A stretch of DNA of 64,000 nt, taken from Eledone cirrhosa. Lineage: Eukaryota. The notes beneath the pieces are model-generated. The model worked only from the letters and a program-made list of their open reading frames with translations, was not told the DNA's origin and ran no database searches. The translations under genes were made by a program, and so were the position numbers. The DNA lies in contig OZ024745.1 of NCBI GenBank assembly GCA_964016885.1, positions 67,890,001 to 67,954,000 on the forward strand. Reading direction: 5' to 3'. Positions 42,263-55,153 of the stretch are shown one piece after another (the stretch's first letter is position 1; each line of letters opens with the position of its first letter).

Positions 42263-42559
42263 CATAGATGTATATATCACAGTTCTTGTAGCATTACATA
42301 TTAACTAGAACGGACATGCGTGCATTAACCACTTCTCGATTTAAATATACATATAACATTTGGGGATGGTTAGTCAGGTAATATACACACGCGCGCACGC
42401 ACACACACGCGTGCACACACACATGCGTGCACACACTGACACACATACACACATATACACATATATATGTCTGTCTCTTTCTCTCTCTCTATATATATGT
42501 ATATAAACAGTGAGTAAGAAAAGAGGTGAGAGGTGATAGAGAGAGAGGGAGAGAGAAAG

Positions 42560-42636
<77 letters not shown>

Positions 42637-42655
42637 TAGAGAGATAGATAGACAC

Positions 42656-42693
<38 letters not shown>

Positions 42694-42697
42694 TATA

Positions 42698-42809
<112 letters not shown>

Positions 42810-42858
42810 TAGATAGACACATAAATATATATATATATATATATAATATATATATATA

Positions 42859-42930
<72 letters not shown>

Positions 42931-43099
42931 GTAGGGGCAGGTATATTTCTCATGACACAAAATCAAAACACATTTTAATGCAAATGTCAGTTTGTGTAAT
43001 AGAGAGAATGCAACTCATTGAAAGATTGAACTATACAAATGTACAAATGTATAGAATTCCCCGACCACGTAAAAGAAATATCATTATATAATCAAGCTC

Positions 43100-43720
43100 G
43101 TTCAGATTTGTCCGTTTCGATCCCATGTAGCGTCCAGAAGGTGAGTAAGGCAACACCATGTACCAGTATAGAGCTAATAGGTGAAATCTTTTGCTGGACC
43201 TCTGTATATATGTCCTGGTCAGTGTCGGATTTACCCTTGTGCTTATGTGGCAAAGAGAGTTCATCTTTCTGTCAAATTTTATTTTACCTGCTCCAGGGCC
43301 CAAGTAAGGGGCTCCATAACTTAACTTGCACAGGACCTCATCTGTCCTAAATCCGTGGTGTTCATCGGCGTTTATCACTGATGAACTCTTGTTAGGTTTC
43401 CAACAATGTCCTACAAAACACATACTTTTCCTTCTAATGACATCAGTGATTGCAAACATATTGCTGTACACTCTTTATTTTGTTGGATGTTCTTTCTAAA
43501 AGATATTCAGAATGGTTCATATCAGAGTTTCCATAGAAATATATCACTAACAAGTTCTTGCCTAGCTCCCCACCAATGCCATGTAAAGCGCATGCGTCTC
43601 CATCTAATAACACCAGCTGCGAAATTGGCCACCTATTATCAAAAATATTCTGGCGGCAAAAATTAGGAAAAAGGGCTTTTATATTTGGTGTAGTAGAGTA
43701 ATCAGTCACCCTATGTGTTT
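43100..43720 (-). mobile_element. Old RTE-type LINE ORF2 3' remnant
   Basis: YSNMFAITDVIRRKSMCFVGHCW resembles the RTE LY..L..I...I..RRL.F.GHC.R motif; many stops. Confidence 0.55.
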
Positions 43721-43889
43721 GGTTCCTTATTTTAGAGAAAATCTATTGCTATTTTGTTCTCTTTTGTGTTTTCAACTTTATATACGATGTAAACTCCATC
43801 ACTCGTTACTGTTTTTTTTTATTTGGTCCTTGAATTGACTCCAATCATTCAGACCCTGGTGGCCTGGCCAATAAGATAAATTATTATTC

Positions 43890-44225
43890 ATTGGATTGGC
43901 AGAATTGTTACAGCGTGGGACAAAATACTTTATGGCATTTGGTTTTGATTTTTTTTTACCTTTTGAGTTCATATCCCACCGAGGTCAACGTTGCATTTCA
44001 TCTTTTCTGGGTCGATGAAATGAATATAATCGATTTTTCTTTCCCCCAAATTGCTGGCCTTTGGTCTAAAGGAGGAATCATCCAGCATAGTTACGTCCCT
44101 TTATGATCTGAGTTCAAATCCCGCCGAGGTTAACTTTGCCTTTCATCCATACGGGGTCGATAAAATAAAGTACCAGTAATGTACTGGGTAATTGCTGGCC
44201 TTGTGCCAAAAGTAGAAACAATTAT
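43890..44225 (+). mobile_element. Two stacked SINEs (old and young)
   Basis: Two successive copies of the CTTTCATCC..GGGTCGATAAAA body. Confidence 0.8.
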
Positions 44226-44859
44226 TATTATTCAGTAATTGATAAAATAAATTCCAGGTAAATACGGGAGTTCCTTTAAATAAACTATATTTCTCTCTTA
44301 ATACATTGTAGCTTCGAGCCCCAAGTCAAATATCAATATATTCAAGACGTTAGAATAGTGTTAATGTGATGTACCACGGGCTTTGATCAATGGTGAACAG
44401 TGTTATCAGTTTATGACTTACAGTGCTTGGTTATTCCTTCATAGATGTCCTTGAAGGAGTTATCATCTGAAGAATGGCGCAAATGGGGTGGATTTTCGTC
44501 GTTTTCGACGATGAGTGTTCCAGTTGTTCGATCAACGAAACAGCCAAATCGGGAAATTAATGAATAAATGGTGAACTTTCCGCAGATACGAGTACCCTTA
44601 ATGTAGTCCTTCAGAGTGAATCGTGATATAGCGTGTAACAAGTCTGGCCCTTTGAAATACGGATACAGTCTATCAGACAAACATCTAAGCAGTTTATGTT
44701 TATCCAATTTCACTCACAAGGGTTGGATAAATGTCACTTGCCTAAGCTGCAACAAAGTGGGATCGAACCCGGGCCTAATAATTGTGAACCGAAAGTTTTA
44801 AACATTTGGTCACACTGACTCCATAAACAGTGATTAAGAAGGTATATATTAACTTAAGT

Positions 44860-45125
44860 GTGAAGGCGCATGGCTTAGTGGTTAGAGCATTGGGCTTGCA
44901 ATCGAAAGGTTGTGAGTTCAATTCTCGGACCGGGTGATGTGTTGTTTCCTTGAGCAAGACACTTTATTTCACGTTGCTCCAGTTTACTCAGCTGTAGAAA
45001 TGAGTACCGGCCTGCCCGCCCAGCCAGTGGGATGGCGTTATCTTATGGCTAAAACAGCACGACGTGCTGTGACCAGCGGCGCCGATTGACGCCCGACAGA
45101 CTGGTCGGTCAAGGTGATCAAGGTG
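44860..45125 (+). mobile_element. tRNA/CORE-type SINE with 14-bp TSD
   Basis: TSD ATATTAACTTAAGT at 44846-44859 and 45126-45139; (TCAAGGTGA)2 tail. Confidence 0.9.
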
Positions 45126-45254
45126 ATATTAACTTAAGTACACGATTTCACTTCACCTCCGCCGCCATAAATAGATGTAACATTCCGTCTATGCTATCAC
45201 TGGATCCATTCCATTTTCTTTTCATTACAATGTAGTATTAATACGATGATCCAT

Positions 45255-45750
45255 ACACACAAATAGACTCACACACATACGCACACACACAGATAGACAC
45301 ACACACACACAAACATACGTACACAGACAGATATACACACACACATACGCACATAGACAGATAGACACACACACATACGCACACAGACAGATAGACACAC
45401 ACATACGTACACAGACAAATAGACTCATACATACGCAGAGATAGTTAGACACACACACATACGCACACAGACAGATAGACTCCCACATACGTACACACAC
45501 AGATAGACTCACACATACGTACACAGACAGACAGATAGACTCACACATACGCACACAGACAGATAGACTCCCACATACGCACACAGACAGATAGACTCCC
45601 ACATACGCACACAGACAGATAGACTCACACATACACACACAGACAGATAGACTCCCACATACGCACACAGACAGATAGACACACACATACGCATACAGAC
45701 AGATAGACACACACACACATACGCACACAGACTCACACATACGCATACAC
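45255..45750. repeat. ~28 bp CA/GA-derived minisatellite
   Basis: CACATACGCACACAGACAGATAGACT units. Confidence 0.9.
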
Positions 45751-45784
45751 AGATAAACCATGGTTTATCTGTGTATGCGTCTGT

Positions 45785-45816
<32 letters not shown>

Positions 45817-45817
45817 A

Positions 45818-46562
45818 AGAAAGCAAGAACAGGGGTGGGGGAGTTTTCCTCATCAGTTGTCTACTGGGGGTCTCAGATATTTCCACGCTTTAAAGACAAT
45901 ATATCTACCGCCCAGAGCGTTCAATAACTGGGTAAGTTATTGGGAAAACGGAGGAGGGAGGGAAGGAAAATAGAAAGGAAATGGAAGAAAAGAGAAAACA
46001 GCGAAAAAAAACAACAAACCGAGCAATGTGAGTGCAACTTAAGGTAAGAAAACCCAAGACCACAGCGATAAGAGAACTTAAGTTCAAGAGTGTGTGGGCG
46101 AGCGAGAAGACACGTCTGGCCCCAGCGAATGTAAGTGAGAAAAGGACTGCTAGAGGGTCAGGCGAGGGAAACAATGAGGTGGCTGGAAGAGAGAGAGAGA
46201 GTGAGTGAAAGTGAGAGGGAGAAAGGGAGAGGAAGAAAGAGGGGTAAGAGTAGATAGTAACGAAATAGGTAGGTAGAAGGAGAGAGAAAACTGGTCACAG
46301 CGAAATATGATAAAATATATGGAGAATAGTCGCACATTGTTCGGTTTATTTGTTTTTCGCTGTTTTTTTTCGTTGTTTTCTCTTTTCTACCCTTTTCCCT
46401 TCCCTTTTCCTTCCCTCCCTCCTCCGTTTTCCCAATAACTTACCCAGTTATTGAACGCTCTGGGCGGTAGATATATTGTCTTTAAAGCGTGGAAATATCC
46501 GAGACCCCCAGTAGACAACTGATGAGGAAACGCCCCCCCCCCACACCGTTCTTGCTTTCTTC
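45818..46562. mobile_element. Fold-back element with ~215 bp inverted arms, adjacent to (TA)n
   Basis: Arms 45818-46030 / 46333-46562; each has CTGATGAGGAAA near its outer end but no completing GAAA-NUH. Confidence 0.7.
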
Positions 46563-46634
46563 TTATTCTCACTCCATTTTAAGCTACTTTAACTAGCAAC
46601 TACACAGCCAATCCTATTCTCCATATATTATATA

Positions 46635-46757
46635 TCCTTTACGATCTGAGTTCAAATCCCGCCGAGGTTGACTTTGCCTTTCATCCTTACGGGGTCGATA
46701 AAATAAAGTACCAGTAATGCACTGGGTAATTTCTGGCCTTGTGCCTAAAGTAGAAAC

Positions 46758-46795
<38 letters not shown>

Positions 46796-46962
46796 TCATA
46801 CAAACATACTGATGAATAATTGTTACTACTTTTGGCACAAGGCCAGCAATTATCCCAGTGTATTACTGGTTCTTTATTTTATCGACTCCGTAAGGATGAA
46901 AGGCAAAGTTAACCATAAAGGGCCGTAACACATTGCTGCCAATACTGCCAACCCACCGCCCT
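46635..46962. mobile_element. Tail-to-tail SINE pair (46635-46762 +; 46817-46962 -)
   Basis: Same family in opposite orientations ~55 bp apart. Confidence 0.85.
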
Positions 46963-47060
46963 TACTAAACACATACAGTTAGAATAAAAGATTGTTTCGC
47001 TCATGCATATTCCAAAAGACGCTCACATATAAAGAAACGAACACTAGCACGTGTACATAG

Positions 47061-47099
<39 letters not shown>

Positions 47100-47213
47100 T
47101 GTGTGTCACATGCACACTTTATTGTTATCACATATACACAGACACATATACAGTTTAAAAAAAAAGCATTGTTTTATACGCGCATACACGAAAAGGCGCT
47201 CGTATACAGAAGA

Positions 47214-47252
<39 letters not shown>

Positions 47253-47608
47253 TACGCACACACCCACATACACACACACAGACGCTCACACACACACACA
47301 CACACAGACGCACCCCCCACACACAGAGACGCTCACACACACACACAGACGCTCACACACACACATATAATGTACATACATACGCATATACATACATAGT
47401 TGTCACATACAGTTAAAAAACATTGTTTTGTACATACATGCACGAAAATACGCTCATATATACAAAAGCACATATTCACATACATACACATAGATATGTG
47501 TGTGGCACATATACAGTACATATATATCCACAAACACACATTGACGCACAGACACAGAGATATATGCGTGTGCCTGATATGCATATATACCCACAAGCAC
47601 ACACTAAC

Positions 47609-47671
47609 GCACATGTACATAGATGTGTGTGTGCTTCATATACATATACAGCTCCAAGTGCCTACTGACAT

Positions 47672-47702
<31 letters not shown>

Positions 47703-47952
47703 TAAGTATGTGCCTGCCACATATACGTTCACAAGCACATACTGACATGCATACACACACATAGGTATTAGCGTGTACCGCCGCACATGTACATAGATGT
47801 GTGTGTGTGCTTCATATACATATACAGCTACAAGTGCCTACTGACATACACACACACACACACACATAGATATAAGTATGTGCCTGCCACATATACGTTC
47901 ACAAGCACATACTGACATGCATACACACACATAGGTATTAGCGTGTACCGCC
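47609..47952. repeat. ~172 bp tandem duplication
   Basis: GCACATGTACATAGATG...GGTATTAGCGTGTACCGCC occurs twice. Confidence 0.9.
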
Positions 47953-48339
47953 TATACATATACATCAACAATTAAACACTGACGTATACACATAGATATT
48001 AGTGTGCGTCACAGATACATATACATCCACACTTGCACTTTTATCAGTCAGTAGAAAAACCAAACCATTTTTATTGAGTATGAAATAACACACTTACAAT
48101 TTGAAAGGTCTTCCCTAGCTTTCAACACTTTATGCAGATAGTTCGAAGCAACAATGGCTCAGCTTTTCACATTTGCATGCAAATGATTTAACTTTTCAAG
48201 AAAATATGCTAAATAATGCTAATAGCACGTGATTTGCATTTGAAGAGCGTTATTTTTTTATCTTTAATTTTCTATTTCTATCCTTTGGATATCCGAAAAG
48301 CCATTATTCTGAACAATCCCAAATATGTGCAGAAAAAAA

Positions 48340-48367
48340 TATAATGTAAAACTAAAACTAAAAATGA

Positions 48368-48400
<33 letters not shown>

Positions 48401-49560
48401 AAAATCATTTTCTGAAGAAAATGCAAAAAAAAAAAAAAAAAAAAAATTGTGAAAGAGAAATATCTTTTTAGCAGAACTAAGAGATCCATGAATACATGAA
48501 ATAGTTTTATGTAACCATTAAAAAGATACCAACAAGGTTTCGGGAATCTTGGAAGTTTTATTACATTTCTATTGAGATAGTCTGTCATTTAAAAAGATAA
48601 TGTAGGAAACAAAATGGTATAATTAATGACAGTTTTTACAAAATAAATTATAATATCGTTAGCATATACTTGCTAAAAGACTCTCAGCCTTGTACTGGAT
48701 CAGGACAGTTTAGTGTATAATTCTCACAAAATATAAACTTGGTAAAGGAGGTGAATTGAAGGTCAGATAGAATGGTTTGCAGTATTCATCCAGACTCTCT
48801 GACTTTGAGTTCAAAGCCCACGAGGTCATCTTTGCCTTTCATCCTTTCGAGGGCAATAAAAAAGTACCATCCCAGTACTAGGGTAGATTGTTCCTCTATA
48901 TCTCTATCTCTTTCTCACTTCCTCTCTATCATACTCTCTCTCTCCTTCACTAGAAGAATAGGCTCTGTCAAGTTTAAAATGCCCAAGACACGACATATAT
49001 CACCACAGCACCTATCAACTGCTACCAATTCATCCGTCCACCCGTCCGTCCATCCATGTCATGACTCACGGGTGCTCTTCTTGCTGGCTCTGCATGAAGA
49101 TCTAACTTTTAGTTACAATTCTGCTGAATATAAATTTACTAAGAAAATGATATTTTCTGTGAATTATAAAACCAAACCAAACCAAACAAAACAACAACAA
49201 AACAAACATAAACAGAAAAAAAAACGCTAAAAAAACTGCTCTGAAATCAGCACAAGTTTGAGAAGCTTTTAGCAATTGTATGCTAAAGATATTATAATAT
49301 ATTTTAAAAACAGTCAGTAAATTCATTAATTATTCAATGTAGTTTCCTACATTATCTTTTTAAATGACAGACTCTCTCAATGGAAATGTAATAAACATTC
49401 CAAGATATCCGAAACCTGGTTGGTATCTTTTTAATGGTTACATAAAACTATTTCATGTATTCGTGGATCTCTTAGTTCGGATAAAGAGATATATTTTAAA
49501 AAAAATTTTTTATTTTGAGAAATTTTTTGGAAGGACATTTACATTTTCATTTATTTAGCT
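48340..49560. mobile_element. DNA-transposon-like fold-back with ~300 bp inverted arms (48340-48690 / 49255-49560)
   Basis: Opposite-strand ORFs 48358(-) and 49364(+) are homologous; a SINE is inserted in the spacer. Confidence 0.75.
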
Positions 49561-49930
49561 TTAGCAAATAAAAAAAAGACCCGAATAAAAAAAAAAGAAA
49601 AAAGTATTGTGTACATCCAAACATATTTTTCTCTTAGCCTCTCTCTAGTTCTAAAACTAGAAAATCTGAAAAATGCTTGTTTTTTTTTTTCGTTTCAAAT
49701 ATGTGTCTCAAAATGTTGTTATATATACTTTTAATATCTAATCTATATAGAAACTGTTTTTGCATGTTGTAAATCATTAGTATACCAATGGATTGTCAAT
49801 GAATTAGGTTACATTTAAATATCTATTGTTTAAATCGGTTATATGGTATGGCTCCGAAACTCCTGATGGAATCGTAGGGGCATCGTATTGACATATGGCG
49901 TTTCTTGGGCATTTTAAGCCTATATATATA

Positions 49931-50101
49931 TAGGAAAAGGTTTAACCCCGACAGCAGAGCTCAAGCCGTTTCGACGGCTATTTCTGGAGTCCAGAAATAG
50001 CCGTCGGGGTTAAACATTTTCCTATTACCCACTCTACTACCCTAAGTATTGAGTACTCTGGTGCGTTATCGTCCATCTGGTTCCTTGCCACACTTCCTTC
50101 G

Positions 50102-50103
<2 letters not shown>
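49931..50103 (+). mobile_element. Hammerhead-derived palindromic mini-element in (TA)n
   Basis: Same family as 61524-61716; inverted arms plus the ATTACCCACTCTACTACCC tail. Confidence 0.8.
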
Positions 50104-50135
<32 letters not shown>

Positions 50136-50499
50136 ATTCTAATATATATATATATATAATATATATACAGGCTTAAAATGCTCAAGAAATTTAATTGTGC
50201 ATAGTCAAACCTGCCAAGCTCGAAACACCCAAACGGTGAGTACCATGAAAAAAAGTGCCCCCAAAACGGGGAGAAACGAGGCAAACTGGGGAGATTTTAC
50301 ATAATGAAAGCTATACCCATTTTCACAAGAGAAGACATCTCTCACCCACCTCAAAGTTGGTGGGAGATGTCTTCGTCGGGTGGGGAGAGTTGACAGGTCT
50401 GCTTAAATCATAAGCATAACCGATTAAAAATACAACAGAAATATAAAAAGAATACTCAAACAACACAACACCAATATTACAGTCACAGATAGTGTGAGA

Positions 50500-50735
50500 G
50501 AACGCTCATTGGTGCCCAGAACCCCAGGTGCAAGCCGCCACGTGGTTCCAGTGGAGAAACGGATTGGAGAAACGTTGCACCAGAGGATGGTGAGGGTGAC
50601 GTGTTGAAATAGACATTCCAGCTGATGGGGGTTCACATTATCGAGTGACCAATTCCGCCCCGATAACATTGAGTAAGGATATGATAAGGGGATCAAGAAC
50701 GCCGAAAGTCACCAGTGCTACAGGTTCAACGACAA
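50500..50735 (-). mobile_element. CRE-clade-like REL C-terminal remnant (3rd copy)
   Basis: VVEPVALVTFGVLDP...NPHQLECLFQHVTLTILWCN. Confidence 0.6.
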
Positions 50736-50814
50736 CCTGGATTTTTGGGATGGATTGATCCAACACATATATTTTATTAACTCGATGGCGGTGGAATAAG
50801 AGAAACGTTTTAAT

Positions 50815-51025
50815 AATTGTATCTACATTAGGCACAATGCCAGCAATTTTTTAGGGGAGGGGAAAGTAGATTAAATCGATCCCAGTGCGTTACTGGTACT
50901 TTATCTTATCGACCCCGTAAGGATGAAAAGCAAAGCGGGATTTGAACTCAGAGCGTAAAGGGCCGTAACCCTATACCTCAAAGCATATTGTCCGACCCTC
51001 TACAGATAATGCCAATCCGCTGTCC
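50815..51025 (-). mobile_element. tRNA-derived SINE
   Basis: Reverse complement of the Meta-domain family. Confidence 0.85.
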
Positions 51026-51429
51026 TTTGTTTTAATAATGAGTTTAATGCCATGCAGGATTTTGTTTACATTATCCCTGTCATGAGTTCAAAGTCCACTG
51101 GGGACTGTCATATATTTTGGTAATTCTATATATTGGAAATTGACAAGAGATAAATCATCAGATATTACTGTTTGTGAAACATTAAGTAGATTAAGTATGT
51201 AGAATTAAACTGTTCACTGGCAAAATGTTATTAATATTGGACATATAATTGTTATTTTCTTTTTAGATTTCCCGTGAGGGAAGCAAAGGTTTCCCATATC
51301 AAATTTCATTAATTATTTCTTCTTCTTCTTCTTCTTCTTCTTCTTCTTGGGAGGGTCGAGGAAAATGGAATCAATCAAGTTCCTCACAATGTTTCTCTTA
51401 GGATGTAATACTGGTAAGATGGGCCTCTC

Positions 51430-51730
51430 ATTATTTTGTCCGTACTGTCCGTGAGTGGCTTGAAGTCCAATTTCTAGGATGCTGGCTGAATCCTGTCGAG
51501 GTTCACATGAATGGACAGCAAGAAGCCCTGACTTAACGCCATGCGATTTATTTTTGTAGGGGTCGGCGAAGGAAGACGTTTATAGCTCAAAACCAAAAAC
51601 TCAATTGGAGGAATGCATTTGTCATGTACTGACCAACATACCGCCTGAGTTCCTGATAAAGTCAGTCGAGGATATACCCAGACAATTACAAACACTCATG
51701 GACAACGTTGGTTGCTATGTAGAATGTTAA
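51430..51730 (+). pseudogene. Tc1/mariner-superfamily transposase C-terminal relic
   Basis: SPDLTPCDLFL*GSAKEDVYSSKPKTQLEECICHVLTNIPPEFLIKSVEDIPRQLQTLMDNVGCYVE matches the SPDL.P.DFFLWG..K..VY motif. Confidence 0.75.
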
Positions 51731-52277
51731 CACTGTACCGTACTTCTACCATTATACTGTTCAAAATGAAACAGGTTTTCTGAAAATTGACAAATAATTA
51801 ATATATTTATTACCAATTTTAAATAGGGATTTTTCCCACCCTCCCTGTATTGATTGTGGCTATCTACTAGTGCAGTCAAATGTTGATGACTATGAAACCA
51901 ATATACTCGTTCCCAGGTGATACCCTCACAGGTATACACAGATGTCAGGTTTTAACAAGCAATGAAGTCGTTCTTATTTAACTTGCAAATTTGTCAAGAT
52001 TTAATTAGATTTCATTGTTTCTATGTATTAGTTCGGTAAAGGATATAATCAATAACACCAGCAGCAATAGCAACAGCAGTAACAACAGCAGTAGCAACAG
52101 CAGTAGCAACAGCAGTAGCAACAGCAGCGGCAGCGGCAGTGTAATGGTGGTGGCGGGGAACACACCAATTGTGGCTTCATAAACGCTTTATGGATCAAAG
52201 AAACAGAAAATTTAGCTGAGAAGAATGAACCATCCTTGTCGTTGCCGTTATCATCATCACTACCGAACTACCATCAC

Positions 52278-52342
<65 letters not shown>

Positions 52343-54160
52343 CCACCACCACCACCAGCACCAGCACCACCACCATTGCTGGCCTTGTGCCAATGTTAGA
52401 AAGTATTATTATTTGGAGTTAGGGTGGTAGATTGGCAGAATCAGTAGAGCGCCAAACAAATTCTTTCGTGATACTTGTTTCGTCTCTTTACACTATGAGC
52501 TAGCATATAGTCGAGATGAGTTTTGCCTTCATCCTTTCGGGATCGATAAATAAAGTACCAGTCAAGTACTGGGATCGATTTAATTGACGGTTCCTCTTGT
52601 GCCTAAATCAGAAACCATTGACTGCAAATCGTTAGAACACCAGATAGTATGCTTCGCAGTATTAGTTTCAGCTTTCTGCACCCTGTGTTCAATTCCCGCT
52701 GAAATTAACTTTGCCTTTCATCTTTTAGAGGTCGATAAATAAAGTACCAACCGAATACTGACGTTAATTCTCCCCCTTTCTCTGGAAGTAATCATCTGTG
52801 CACATGACACCTCGTGTATGACTACGGTGCTCCTACAACTCCATCAGGAAATCAGAGCCCATGCATTGATGGATGGATGTATTTTGAATGTAACCCACTT
52901 AGTTTCATTTTCACAAGCGCGGTTAAAATTCTATGTCTATTACAAAAAGGTCTTTCTTAGATTTCAGAAATGGGGTTGTTTATCTCAATGATCGTTTAGA
53001 AAGATTCTTGATCAGATATATTCTAACGTAGATATGTTGCTGAAATTGCATTAGAATATCTCTTGATTCAGACAGGCATACGTATATACATGTGTTTTAA
53101 AAGAAATGATGTAGATTTATATGAAACTAAGAAACCGCTATCAATTAGATAAAACAAAAATAGATAAATAAATAGAAGAAATTAATCTGTCAAAAGTAAT
53201 TGAATAAGTAAACTGTCAAAATTAATTCAAGAAGAAATGTGGAAACGAATGGAATTTTTTAAATCCAACAAATCTTTCGTATTTCTTTATATATTCAACC
53301 AATAATCTTTTTTGTTTGTTTATCATTCAATATAAAATTTCATTTGATTTCTTTTCTTCCGTTTTGTATTACATAAAACTATTTCCTTCCACATTTATCT
53401 ACACAAACCTCTTATCTTATCACACGGTATTGATCCTCGGGTTTTGATTATCAGAGAAAACTATCTTCACAGTTTGAGTTTTGTTGGTTTCACAAGAAAC
53501 GTATTTTAACGAAAGTAATTGAGTTGACTCGGTTGACAAGTGAGAAAAGATGGATCGAAAATTATCAGAATATCAGAAAAATAGTAATTTTTTATGGTAA
53601 AGTGTATATGTAAATGGATAAAATTAATGAAGAAAACGTATTCATTTCTTCGTTTGCATTGTATATAACTAACATTGATTAACATAAGAACCACACAGTA
53701 TTTTTAACACTAGTTTTGTATAAAAACATATACATTCAAACAAATTTTCGCTGTATTGTGAAAAACACATACCTGTCACCTTTTCCTTATTACCTTTATT
53801 AATTTCATTTTCAATGTTTCAAATTATCTTAATCAGAATTGATCAACGAGACATGAAATTCTATATTGCTTGATTTCAAATACTATTATTTATGATAAAT
53901 GTTTTCTCCCACGTTTGGTTTATTTGACATAAAATAAAGGATATTATAATATATTTATGAACTGAATTGTAATTGCTGATTAATAATTAATAATTATCAG
54001 AAAATTAACGCGAGATGGACTGACCACGAAGTTTAATTTATTGTGGTAGCATATGGAATAAGTTTACCCAACAACTAAATATAATAAACATAAAAATTAT
54101 TAATCAGTTGACTCACTCTAGGAGGAAAGAATAACAGTAATATCAAATCTACCATTATTA

Positions 54161-54350
54161 CGTGGTGGATTGGCAGTATCGGTAGAGAGTCGGACACCAT
54201 GCTTTGAAGCATAGAGTTACGTCCCTTTATGATCTGAGTTCAAATCCCGCCGAGGTTAATTTTGCCTTTTATCCTTACGGGGTCGATAAAATAAAGTACC
54301 AGTAATGTACTGGGTAATTGCTGGCCTTGTGCCTAAAATAGAAACAATTA
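54161..54350 (+). mobile_element. tRNA-derived SINE
   Basis: Full head and body; ATTATTAC on both sides. Confidence 0.88.
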
Positions 54351-54936
54351 TTACAGTCATTTCAGGATCAATGGAATAAATAATAAATCACAGATTAAGG
54401 AGCCCCCACGAGGTGATGTGGCTGTTGAAACGTGTATCGCTTTCCATTGACCGCGAAACATTTCCCCACCCCGCCCCAGGCATAGAGCCTATCATCCATC
54501 CCTTTCTTACGTGTCCTAATAGTCCTTGCTCCCCCCCCTTTCCTCTCATTTATGCCATTTATAGCCCTTTTATCTACTTTCCTACACAGCCAGATCTGCC
54601 CTTCTTTACCCCCTATCCGCCCTGTTCGTTGCTTGGTTTTGGTTTTATCTTTTTTTTTCACATTTCCATCAATATTTGTAATGTATACAACTGTAAATAT
54701 GTTGGTTTGTAATAGGTTTTTATTTATCTGATTAATACAATGAATATGATTAAAAAAACCCCCAACTAATCTCATTATAAGAAGCTATAAATAAAACACA
54801 GTGATTAATAATGAATTAATAAACATATAAATCCATTTCTCTCATAGTTACTCAGCTATAGGTGAAAAAGGGAAAAGTAGTCATTTAGTGAGTGGTTTCG
54901 TTAAATCGACGGGAGATATCACTATTTACTTGCATA

Positions 54937-55153
54937 CTCCCGGGTCTCGAATAATCTTCCACCCTCAACTTATTAATTTTTCAGATTTTTTCCACCCCCG
55001 CCGTTTATCAAATTTTGATAATCTATCTCCAGAGAAATTTTGGTTAAAAAAAAAAAAAATCAACGGAGACGACCTAGAAAAATTACAGATTTTCACCCCC
55101 CCGCTTATTCCACCTCTACTTATTGTAACCCCCTATTATTTGGGACCCGAGAG
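54937..55153. mobile_element. TA-flanked MITE
   Basis: TIRs CTCCCGGGTCTCGAATAAT / ATTATTTGGGACCCGAGAG with a TA on each side. Confidence 0.7.
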
